From NCBI GenBank assembly GCA_964016885.1, contig OZ024753.1, positions 496,001-560,000 on the forward strand: a DNA stretch of 64,000 nucleotides, written 5' to 3'. A model generated the notes under the pieces. It saw only the letters and a program-made list of their open reading frames with translations. It ran no database searches and was not told the DNA's origin. Within the stretch, counting starts at the first letter, position 1. The number at the start of each line of letters is the position of its first letter. Positions 25,185-37,200 of the stretch are shown here, piece after piece. A program made the position numbers and the translations under genes. This stretch comes from Eledone cirrhosa. Lineage: Eukaryota.

Positions 25185-28100
25185 TCACTCTTAGTCTTGC
25201 CAACTGAGTAGAAACTTCTACTGAGAAGGTTTAATAAGACTAAAAGAATCCTGCTTTCACTAGTTGGTTTTACAGGCCAGATTCACTGCAATCTGTATTG
25301 TCTATATTGTCCAAAAAATTCTATCAACTGATCTTATTGTAATCTTCTACTTTACTTCTTTTCAGTGTTTAAACCTCTATAAAGAGAGTTTTTATCTATT
25401 AATGGCATAAATAATATCAGTTGCTCTAAGTGGTTTTTCAACTGAGTTTATTATAAATGTGTGACCCAACCATATTTGAACTGTTGTTATTTGAATCTGT
25501 AGTTCAGCACTTTCACCACTCAGTAAGCAAAACACTTGTCTTTCCATTTTTCGTAGTCCATTCACAGAAGCTGTCCTTTCCATTCAAAATCATTTGAGCT
25601 TACACATAAGAGAAAAGACGTGAAAGTACTAAACAACAACAAACGTCTTTAGGACTATTCAACAGAATTCGTAATATAATCGGCTTGTCGCCCCACAGCC
25701 CTGGCGGACAAAATGGAGAAGGCGTTTCCCCAGAGGATGGCAAGGGAGACATGCTGGAAAAGCCACTCCAACTCGTGGGGCTCACACCTGCAGCTGGCCA
25801 GCTCAGCGCCTATGGTGGTGAGTAGGGAGGTAGCCTAGGGCCGAGGACACCAGAAGTTTCCACTGCCAAGAGTACAACCGCAAACCTCCTGGAGAGCAAC
25901 TGGTATTTGAGGAGTTTGGCCTCCTCAGCCCGACATGCAGCAGAACCTGGGTTAGTTGCAGACTGCACCACTCAGTTATATTTGAAACAACTATGTTCTC
26001 ATTAACCCTTTAGCATTTAAACCGGCCAAATCCGGCCAGAATTCTCTCACTCCTTTCTGTTTAAACCAGCCATAACTGGCCACTCATACTGATGTTAGGG
26101 TATTGTTCTGAAAATAAATACTATCAAAATCTCATAGATTCAATATTATGTTAGATATTATGTAAGATAAAGCCTTTACTGCGAAAATACAATAGTAAAT
26201 ATAGAGTAATTGTTTCTACTTTTGGCACAAGGCCAGCAATTATCCCAGTGTTTTACTGGTGCTTTATTTTATCGATCCTGTAAGGATGAAAGGCAAAGTT
26301 AACCTTGGCGGGATATAATAAATATAGAGTAATGTAAATGCTAAAGGGTTAAATATTTTCCTTTCATTTTAGTTAGCTATTATTGCATTAGAGATGTATA
26401 CCATCCTCTTATTTTTTCTGTTGGTGCTGGATTTAATAACGAAGAAGACCATGAGGGATCTAACATATGGCCTCAAATGAGAACAGAGGACACCCAGACT
26501 GATTTTGCAATTGATCTTGAACTCTTTAGTACCACATCTATGGTAATGCAAATTCCTGATCACTAATCATAGTAACAGCCACTCAAAACTTGGTCTTCAG
26601 ATCAGCATTAAAAAACACCAAAGTGATATTGAGAGAGGCACAACAGCAACCAGTTCAGCTGGAAGCCCAGACTTTGGAAATTATTGACACTTTCACATAC
26701 TTGGTAATTCAAGAACTGATGTGGAGAAGAGACTCAGCAAAGCAGCAGCTGTCTTTCAGCATCTGAAGCCTGTAAGGTCCAACTCCTCCATTAACCAAGG
26801 CAAAAAGTTCCACCTGTATAAGCCAGTAGTTGTGATTTATGCTTACAAGACATGAAAAGAGAGTATGTCTGGCTCCCAGCTCACCTGGAGGTCAGTGGCT
26901 GCACTTGTGTAGTGATCAGTCTGTAGTGATGTATCTAACCCTTGCTAGCAGGGAAAGCAGACATTAACCCTTTAGCATTTAAACCAGCCATAATTCTCTT
27001 ACCTCTTTCTGTTCAAACTGGTCGTAATCGGCTGCTCATACAGACATTAAGGCGTTATTCTCAAAATAAATAATGTCAAAATCTTGTATTTTCAATATTA
27101 TGTAAGATAAAGCAGTAGTAAATATAGAGTAATGTAAATGCTAAAGGGTTAAATGATAATGATTAGGATGGTGATGATGATGATTGGGTTTTGCAGACTC
27201 TCAAAGATGAGTGAGATTAATGAAGCAATTAATATTCCCCTTAAACTATTGCAAGTCAGCATCTACAGACAAACATTATGTACAGGGAGGTAATTCCAGA
27301 GAGGTGATGTTCCAGACATCAAGGAATAGACATAATGTGACTGTAGGGCCTAGGAGGGGGAAGAATATAGAAATGAGTGGAGGAGACATGAGGTGGATGC
27401 ACCAGAATGAGAAGACCAGCCAGCTACAAAGAGCTGGGGGTTACTGTAATAATGGTAGTGGGGTAGGTGCAGCAGGGAGAGGTCAGCACATCTGTGGGTC
27501 AGAAACTGGAGTGTATTGCTAACTTCATACTAATTAGTCATGTGGTCTATCTTTGGATGCCGTCTATGATATTATTGTGTGTGTGTGTTTGACAACAACT
27601 CTGTCCCAGATGTGTGAGCAGTACAGTATTCTGAGCATCACCTGAGTTTTGTAAAGAATTTAGTAATTTTGGGGTACTGAGGAATTTTCTGATGCAGTTT
27701 TGACTATGTTAAGAATGTGTTTTCACCCGGGAAGATCCTTAAGCCTAGTATTCATATCAATCTAGAAAGTTCTAGCTGCATATTGCTTAAGTTTAGGAGT
27801 TGGTGTGCAATAATGTTTCCTTTATATGTGTACTTGTTTTCATAAATCTTTTCACATTTTAGCTATGTGTTTATTACTCAAATATTGTCAATATGTATGT
27901 AAGGTTATCTTTGCCAGGTGGGAGTAGGCCTGAGAATCTAGTCTCTACTAAAATGCCCCAAACGTCTTGCATCTCATATAGCCTAGGACACATCGAAGCC
28001 AAGCTCTTGGCCTTCCCATGACAATAATAAAAGGGAGAGTTACTGACACCTTAAAACTAGTTGCTACAGGTTGGCAGAACTCATCAGCCTTGGGTGGCAG

Positions 28101-31100
28101 TCTGATTTGGAAAAGGATCATTCTGATTTCAAAACCAGGGTAGATGGAACTCATAATTATAACAAACCATCTATTCACGGGAACTCAGAAACACCCTTGT
28201 TGATGTCAGAGCACACAATAAGTCCACTGGGAGTGAAGGACACAGCTGTTATTACAGCATTCTTCTAAAAGAGAGAAAGTCAGAAGTGAAACCTATGGTT
28301 TATGTGATCATTGGTCATCTTGCTGAGGCTTGTCATCAGATAATAATCACTAAGACTTAGAGAGTGGCACTCATGTTGTACAAGCATTTGTCACTATAAT
28401 CCAATGATGTCTCTTTTGTAAACTTATCTGTCATTTCATTTCTCCAGCCAATGCAGGCCGGGACTCTGTATTCTTGGCACCATACAGACATTGGACTTAT
28501 TGTTACAGCTATAAGTAGGGCCTATGAGAGGTGGGCCCAGCTGGTACTTTGTTCCGGAGCCCAAGAGCTATGAAGGCCCCATGCAGCATCTATTTTGAGA
28601 AAAATCTTTGCCTGCTTCAGGCCCCAAAGAGGTCTTTTATGAAATACCATCACTCCTATAGTTTCAAGAGATGTATAGACAGGAGGGATCATGTTTTCCC
28701 AGTCACCTGTGTTGATGAGTCCTATGTTGGAGTGTTGTCAGTGCTTGGAGGTGGGGGGAACTTGGTCTTGCTTTTTATTGCTGGACTGAAAAGTGTCACC
28801 TTCGTGCACATGGGAGGGTGTAGACTCAAAGGAATGGTTGGAATAATGTTGAGATAGTTATCATCTGACAAGATGAAGCAATCGCCATGTGTGTGTGTTT
28901 GTCTTAGAAGTGTGAGAAAAACAAATTTACCATACATATATCTACTGTACATATGGGATTTCTACTAGGTAACAATAGAAGTCAAAGGAAGTGTATGATG
29001 ATTCATGTCTTAATATTAATGTCAGAATTAAAGAAAGAAAAACAAGCTCCAACCCACTTTAATAATAAAGTTGACATGATTTCACTATAAAAGTGTAACT
29101 TTCATTTACTTGAATGATTTCTGCTAAAATGATCAAGTTTAAAATAGGCAGTATATATATTGGGCAATACAGCCATGGATATACAGAAAAAAGGTGGAAT
29201 GTTCACAAGACTACTCCATAAAGATATGTTGATGATTCAACAGGTTCAGTGGAAGGTCTTGGATTAAGATGATAAAGAGAGCATCTAATCCTAATTAAGA
29301 TCAAATTTGTCATCCTCAGGTTTTATGACTCAACATACCGGAATAAAAACTACAACTCATACACATTATAATTTTTTGAATGTATTAAAAAAATATATAT
29401 ATTATGAAATGATAAGTTTCACTAAGATTTAACTTTAAAAGCATTAAGTGGGAATTTATACTTTGATTACGTTAAAGTAGAAACAATTATGACAAGATCA
29501 ATTTTAAAGAAATGATATCTTAATAGCTTCTTAAGCTTAACTAGTATGTGTGTGTGTGTGTGTGTGTGTTTGTGTGCTTATGATATAGTTATAGGCGCTT
29601 TCATTTCAGAAATAATAGTACAATAGTAAAAATTAGTGTATCATAAGATCACTGGGATAGAACCATAACTCCTAGCAACTGGCAAATAATGTCTCGTGAC
29701 AATCAATAGAGCAGAGTTATGTGTATATGATCGCATGTGTATGTATGTATATATATACACACACACTCCAGTAGTTCTCTGAAATAGTATTCGTTATTTG
29801 GTAGCTATGTTTACAGCAGACCAATGACCTATTATAGACATAAATATATATGAATGAATATATGTTTGACTGTGCCAAATATATTCACGAACACTAACAT
29901 GCGTTTACAAGGAAATAATGCAACAGTGGGAAGAAATACATTAACTGACATTACATCTACTAATTAATTCATTAAACTTTCAACTGAGGATTGCTCCGGA
30001 AATCTGAATCAGCAAGACATTTATTAATTGATACGGTTTGACATAAAAATCAGATATTTATACAAGGGTACAATATAAAAATAAAATGCATCTATTCACA
30101 GAATGAAATTATTCAACCGTAAATGCATTTGTATTCATACATTCCGTTATGACTATAAACATTATCGTTTATTGCATTCATGCTACTTATGCACCATAAC
30201 GTGAGTGTATTCGCTAGTCTTCACATGTTTACATAAACATCTAAATATGATGTCAACATTAAGTTATGTTGCAGGCTCACAGTAATTCCATTTTACTAAA
30301 CTACTCAGAAGCTTTTACTATGTTCATTTCGTAATAAAAACAATAGCAGTTGCAAATTTAAAATGAATAAATCCATTCAAATGACAACTGGTTATACAAT
30401 AAATTTTGCAAAAGGAAAAACAAAAATAATCAAGAAAAATAAAATAATTGTTAACAGGTCTTTGGTAATTTGCTTAAAAAAGACAGGGGGTTAAACTAAG
30501 ACAAACAACAGACTATCTTCTAAGATAGTCCTGGAACAAATGTCAGCAAGTGCCTGTCTTTCTCGCATCACATCCATCCTAACCTATTATGTTTCATGAC
30601 AGTATGGAAAGCGAACTTGTTTCTATATTAAATACAAATAATTTAGTGTTGTTTAAGCACATATCGGTCTTAATTCAAGCAGATATACTAAGACGTCTCA
30701 ACTGTGGCCATTCCGTCTTTTTATTAATAAAAAAAAACAATTCTGGGATTTCGTTTTCCAACGTGTCCGTATATATTTATTATGGTAGGATATGATTTGA
30801 GGGAGAGTGAGCTGCTATTTCTAGCAAGTTGTTGACCAGATAGTTTTGTTTTGTTACAGTAAACATAGTCGACTGTATTTTGACGATTAGAAGAAGGAAT
30901 TCGTGTTCATTTATATATATATAATGATTATAAATCGAAGCTGTAGCCGTAATATAGCAGATTCCAATCGAATATACATACACACACACATATATATATT
31001 ATATATATATATATATATATACATACACACATATGCAGACATATACACACATATATACGTACAGACACGCACATAAAGTGTAGGTGATTGAGTGTAAAAT

Positions 31101-31922
31101 TAAGCTAATGTATGTTTAGATACCTGATAAAAAAAATGCAACAATTTAATTCATTATTTTAAACCATATCAAGTAATAAATTCGATTTTTTTTCCTTATA
31201 TATAACAAAATTCTGTTAGTTTTTTTTACACGCTGCTAAAATGTAAGGAATTATATTTTTTGTATATTATATTTATACGGTTCCTAGCAATAATTAATTG
31301 TGTATATTATAGGTGTTTATATTTTCATTCTGTAAGAATTATAAACAATTTGTAACGTTATTTATACAACTGGGAATAAAATTAATGTTTCTTTTTAGAA
31401 ATTATAAATAAAATTCTCTCTTTCCTTTTATTTCTCACGTTCTTTCTTTCTACTCACCATTATGTTATAATTACAGTTTGAATGAGTCCAAAACGATAGG
31501 AACAATTTTTGTCCAGGCTGAATCAACATCTCCAATATAGTGAATTATATTTTTGTAAATTGTTCACAGATACATTCATTTACTTTGGAAAGAAAAAAAT
31601 CCGAATTTGTGACAGGTTACACTAGAAGAAAGGTTTACAGTGGGAAGTAAAATGAAAAAAATATATTCTCGTTGGTTTTATAGAGAGAAAAAAACACTTA
31701 AATTGCACATGAGTTGATAGCAATTGTAATAAGCGAACAACATGTAAAGTAATCCCAACACAACAGACTGGAAGCAGACAGCATTCTGTTGTTATGTCTA
31801 AATTTCCGACACTCTTCGTTTGTTGTCGTAGTTCCGAAAAGATCAGTTGATAATTACATCACAGTTACTACAGTTACTTCCCTTTGTATATCGATTATAT
31901 TTTTGGCATGTGCTATATATAT

Positions 31923-31963
<41 letters not shown>

Positions 31964-32219
31964 TAGTCACAGTTGCATATTGTTTATAATTCTTATAAAA
32001 TAAAAATATAAACATATAATAAATAAAATTAATTATTGCCAGGAACCTCACAAATATAATGCACAAAAATATATGATGAAAGCAAGAAAAAAAAAAAAAA
32101 CAACAACAAAAGCAACCGTCAATTCACCACCAAGTGCAACAATCGGTTGCACACCACAGGGGTCAATAGTAAGACCATTATTCAGCAGAGTACTCGATAC
32201 TTAGCATAGTAGAGTGCAA

Positions 32220-32835
32220 ATATATTAAATATTCTGGAATTTGCTATCGAATCGGCTACCCTTAATGGATTTCCTTTTTCGGGTGAATTTTATCAGCAGA
32301 TCTCTGGGGTAGCGATGGGAACCAGAAATGGGTCCAAACTATGCCAACTTGTTTGTTGGCTACGTCAAAGCCCAGATCTTCTCCCAGTACGCTGGACCGA
32401 CTCCTGAGCTATACGGTCGTTATATCGACGACTGTATCGGCGCCACCTCTCTTTCACGAGAACAGCTCGACTGTTTTCTTTCTTTTTTCTAATCTTTCCA
32501 TCCTGCTCTCAATTTCACCGCCTCCGTCTCCGATTCTTCTGTCGCTTTTCTAGATATCTCTCTATCTATTAATCACTCTCACCACACCTTCTCTACTTCC
32601 ATCTTCATTAAACCAACAGACTCCCAATCTTACCTCGACTTCACCTCCTTCCATCCAACCTACACCAAACACTCCATACCCTATTCCCAATTCCCCCGTT
32701 TTCGTCGGCTCTGTAGTCAGGACGACGATTTCGAAACTCATGTCCCCTCAATGTATCTTATTTCTCATTCTTTCTTCTGATGAAAGAATAGCGTCCGAAA
32801 CGTTAAGACCCTCTTCTTGCTATACCAAGCGTTAA
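32220..32835 (+). mobile_element. Penelope-like element RT fragment with 3' hammerhead motif
   Basis: Manual translation across frameshifts gives GVAMGT..GPNYANLFVGY...YGRYIDDCIG...HPALNFT...FLDISLSI...KPTDSQSYLDFTSFHP...SIPYSQF.RFRRLCS, the diagnostic PLE RT/thumb motifs. Confidence 0.88.
32773..32808 (+). ncRNA. Minimal PLE-type hammerhead motif
   Basis: TCTT CTGATGA AAGAATAGCGTCC GAAA CG TT AAGA, with palindromic AACGTT and a weak stem II, at the 3' end of the Penelope RT fragment. Confidence 0.6.
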
Positions 32836-32836
32836 A

Positions 32837-32875
<39 letters not shown>

Positions 32876-32878
32876 ATT

Positions 32879-32929
32879 GGCTTCTACAGGACTAGAACTG
32901 TTTCATTCGGGAGAAATCATCAGGAAGCC
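32879..32929 (-). ncRNA. Type I hammerhead ribozyme motif
   Basis: Minus strand reads GGCTTC CTGATGA TTTCTCCCGAAT GAAA CAG TTCTAGTC CTG TA GAAGCC: 6-bp stem I, intact CUGAUGA/GAAA core, stem II TTC/GAA, stem III ACAG/CTGT, GUA cleavage triplet. Confidence 0.78.
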
Positions 32930-33052
32930 CTGATGATGTCTCTCGAATGAAACAGTTTTAGTCTTGTAGAAGCCATTTCTATATTAAATATTTATACTCT
33001 ATGTATTGAGAACTTTACTTACTGTGGTTACCCCCGATTGAACCTGGGATAA

Positions 33053-33089
<37 letters not shown>

Positions 33090-33727
33090 ATGTTATACAT
33101 TGGGAGGGTCATACTGCCAATAAAAACACACGCACCCGTTGGTTTTCACTTTAATTTATCATAAGTTTCTGTTTGGTTCGATAACCGGAAGGTTGTGTTT
33201 CTCCTTTGTTCTGTCCTACACTATCTTGTATATATATATATATATATGGGGAGGGGTTAGGTTTGTAACTACAGTTACAGACGGCGCACCGGTCGAAGCA
33301 CTCAATGCTGCTACGGAGGTCCGTCTCCTGTGGATTGTACTTTATAGTTAAGGCGGCTGTAGTGCACGCACACACGGACACGGACACATACACACACACA
33401 TACATAGGAAAAGAGAGAGGTTTCTATATTTTCTCATACTTGCATTGTGAAATGAAATGGTACATTATTAGCCCTCATCAAAGCTAAATATAAAAGGCTG
33501 TAGCTGGAGGGGAGATGTTCGCTACCCAAATGATGCATGCCTGGACGTTGGGGAGGGGGAAATCCTTCTCTGGCGTGCAGATCCCAGGGGCAAGCTCCCT
33601 TGTGGTCCCAGCGGACAGAATAGGGAAAGTGTTGCCCTGGTGGAGGGCGAGAGAAAAGCGTTAAAATAACCATTCCTCCAAAATGATCATAGAATAAGTG
33701 TAGGCATTTTCTTTCTTTTTTTTTTTT

Positions 33728-34285
33728 AGTTCTTTATAAATATACCCGACTCGGGTTCATGAAAAAAATTAGCCACGGTTTTTTCGTGTGTTTTCAATAA
33801 ATCTTACCACTAGACCCGTCGGAAATGACTTGTTTTTTCAGGTTTTGAAGGACGGAGGAAACCTTAGATTTTCCCACTCTCAAGGATTTCGTTACAATCA
33901 CACCTGTCTCGCCTTCGAGGGGAAGCATTTTTTCCTGGGTTTTTAGTATGTTTTGAACAACCGTGAACCCACAAAACCGTCGGAAATTATTCGGTTTTTA
34001 GTTAGGTTACATGCGGGGAAGGTACCCTAACCCTAACCCCAAAACACACACACAAAACTCCCAAAACAAGGAAAAATGCTTATTTTCAAACGTGAGACAG
34101 TTGTGATAGTAATGAAATCTCTGAGGGTGAGAAACTCCGAGGTTCGTGCCCGTTTCCCTTTCCATATCTGAAAAACAAAATTTTCCGACGTGTTTGGAGG
34201 GCAGATTCGTTGAAAATACACACACAATAAAAAGGAAAGTAATTTCTATTCGAACCAGAGACGGATGTACTTATAAAAAATTAAC
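33728..34285. mobile_element. Diverged fold-back/MITE-like element with about 220-bp inverted arms and central telomere-like repeats
   Basis: 33728-33945 aligns colinearly by eye to the reverse complement of 34060-34285. The centre has ttagttaggttac...gtaccctaaccctaacccc. Confidence 0.65.
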
Positions 34286-37200
34286 TTTTTTTTATTTTTT
34301 CGTTTTTATTATTCATTGTAACGGTTCTTTTCGTGTGTGTAACATTAATTTTAAAATTAAAAAATATATTAAAACCTACAAAGCAAATTTCTTTTAAAAA
34401 TAATGTAAATATAATTTTATTTGAACACAATTGAAATTATTATTTTGGTGGATTGGTAGAGGGGTCGGACGCCATGCGTTGCAGCAAAGAGTTACGGCCC
34501 TTTATGGTCTGAGTTCAAATCCCGCCGAGGTTAAATTTTCCTTTCATCCTTACGGGGTCGATAAAATAAAGTACCAGTAATACACTGGGATAATTGCTGG
34601 CCTTGTGCCAAAAGTAGAAACAATTATTTTATTTATGATATTTTCCAGAATATGTTGTGAATCTTGATTTATACAATAATTAATATTTCATTATCACTAC
34701 TGTTTTTTTTAAAAATCATTTTCTTCACAGCAAAATAAAAGTACGGATTAATAAATTATAAGCCATATTTATGTCTTGGTGTAAGCAGAGAGTAGAATGA
34801 ATATATCAGTAAGCTGAGTTCATGACACACTTTCAGTTCCGGCTTTGACTCATTACTCTTTACTCACCTGTTTCGCCAGCTTCTAAAGAAAGTCTTTCAC
34901 AAGAGACGTCATTATGCTCTCTTGTTCAAGATATTTTTTTATTTTTTTTTACTTATTTCAGTCATTTGATTGCGGCAATGCTAAGGCAGCGCTGTGATTT
35001 ACTTTATCATATTGTTTAAAATCTAAAGTCTGTCTTAAGCCATTTAAGGCTTGTTAAACCGGTGCTTTTCACGGTTTCATGGCATGAAGCGACTGAGAGT
35101 ACAATACCCACCACCGCACCCCACCCCCCGGACAGGACGCCAGTCCATCGCGGGGTTAAACCTCCAGCTATTGCTGGTACTCATTTTCAGCTGAGTATAT
35201 TGGAACAACGTGAAATGAAGTGTTTTGCTCAAGAACCCGATACGCAACCCACCAAGGTATCGAACCTACGACAAATACTCTTACCACTAGGCCACGCGCC
35301 TCCACAATCGTATCGACTCCAGTCTTTTTATTTTTTTAAATTTTGGTACTTAGTTTATCGATCTCTTTTTATTGAACAGCTAACACAGACAGGGACAGGG
35401 ACACGTGTACCCCCTCCCCCTCCCTCACATACATGTATGGATGTATGTACACACATTTAGTATACAGTTTTCGCCTACCAAATTCGGCTCACAAGACATT
35501 GGTCAAAGCATGAGCGGAGGGGGGAGGTTCCACTCGGCCACAGAAAACGAGGTTCTTGTTATATCTATTGTTATGTCATACAGACGCATTTGGTGCATGG
35601 CTGCTTGGTTATTCCAGCGTCTTAGCCTCGCTATCACCCGTGGCAATGCAGCAAGTATTTGCTTGCCTTAACAATTAGTAGAGGAAACTCTAGTGTACCT
35701 TATGGCTTAGGATTGAGTGTGCAGGACTTCGATATTTTTATTTTCCTCGTTTTTTTTAAATTTATATGAACGTTTGCGTGTTTTGATTAGGCCCAGTAGA
35801 AGGAGAAGAAAAAGAAGGTTACAACTCGACATCTGCAGAAAATATATCTGGAGGTGAGGAGGCAAGCTATGGGTGATGAGTAGAGGAGAGACATATCTGT
35901 AAAAATTTCATAACAATATGTGTTATGCCAACACACTTGAATAATTGATTTATTCCTAATCTACTATAAATATACACAACACCATCATGTCTCCTGGCTT
36001 TACTGTGTTTAGCATATTGTCTTCTTGTTTGCTCTTTTTCTACACACTCAGCAGAACCAATTACACATTAAGCTGTGAAAGTCATGAATACAAACACATT
36101 GATCAATCAATAAGCATTTTATCTCACACAACTGGTAGTGGATTGGCAGTATCAGTAGAGTGTCAGACAACATGCTTTATGGCATAATGTTACGTTCTTT
36201 CACAATCTGAGTTCAAATCCTGCTGATGTTAGCTTTGCCTTTCATCCTTACGGGGTCAATAAAATAAAATACTAGTAACGCATTGGGGGTTGATTTAATC
36301 GACTTTCCTCTCACCCAAATTGATAGTCTTGTGCCTAAATCAGAAACCAATGATCCAACACCTTAACCTTGCTATCACATGGCCAATGCTGGATGAGTAT
36401 TGGCTTACCTCTAACTTTAGAGGGTAACTCCAGAATCCCTTTTGGCATATGATTGAGGGTGTGGTTTCTTTTTTTAGTTATCTCTACATGGCAGTGAATG
36501 GGCAGAGCCGTTAGAACATTGGATAGAATGCTTTGTGGTATTAGTTCCGGCTCTCTGCTCTCTCAGTTCAAATCCCGCTGATGTCAACTTTGCCTTTCAT
36601 CCTTTCGAGGTCGATAAAAAAAGTATCAGTTAAGTACTGGGGCAATTCTTCCTGAACTCTGCCAGGTTTAAAAATGCCCTTGTAATGTTAAATGTCAATA
36701 TGGTGCCTGTACGATTCCTTCAGGTGTTACAAGACCATGCATGTCTACATAAAGCGTCGACCAGCATACTTTTTGGCATATAGTTACAGCCCTTTATGTT
36801 CTGAATTCAAATCCTGTCAAGGTTGGCTTTGCCTTTCATCTTTACCGGGTCGATAAAATAAAGCACCAGTAATGCACTGGGGTTGATTTAATCAACTTTC
36901 CCCTCCCCCCTTCAAATTGCTGGCCTTGTGCCTAATTCAGAAACCATTATTTATTATGTATATTGTATTGATACATTTAGTATACTTCTGTTGCTGTAAC
37001 ATTAGGTAATGTTATTAACAATAGTAATATACCACATGGTAGAACAAACCTATGATGGTTGTGATAATTGTCATCATTATGGCTGTTGTCATCATCATCA
37101 TCATGCTACAAAACATAGTGAGAAATTACAACTCTGTCATTAAATCTAAAAATAGTGTCAAAGTATTATTACTGGTCATCAAGTCAGGAAATTAGATATA

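Noticed and set aside
34000-34040. Chromosome end or true telomere fusion
   Set aside because: Only 2-3 imperfect units per side; better explained as part of the fold-back element.
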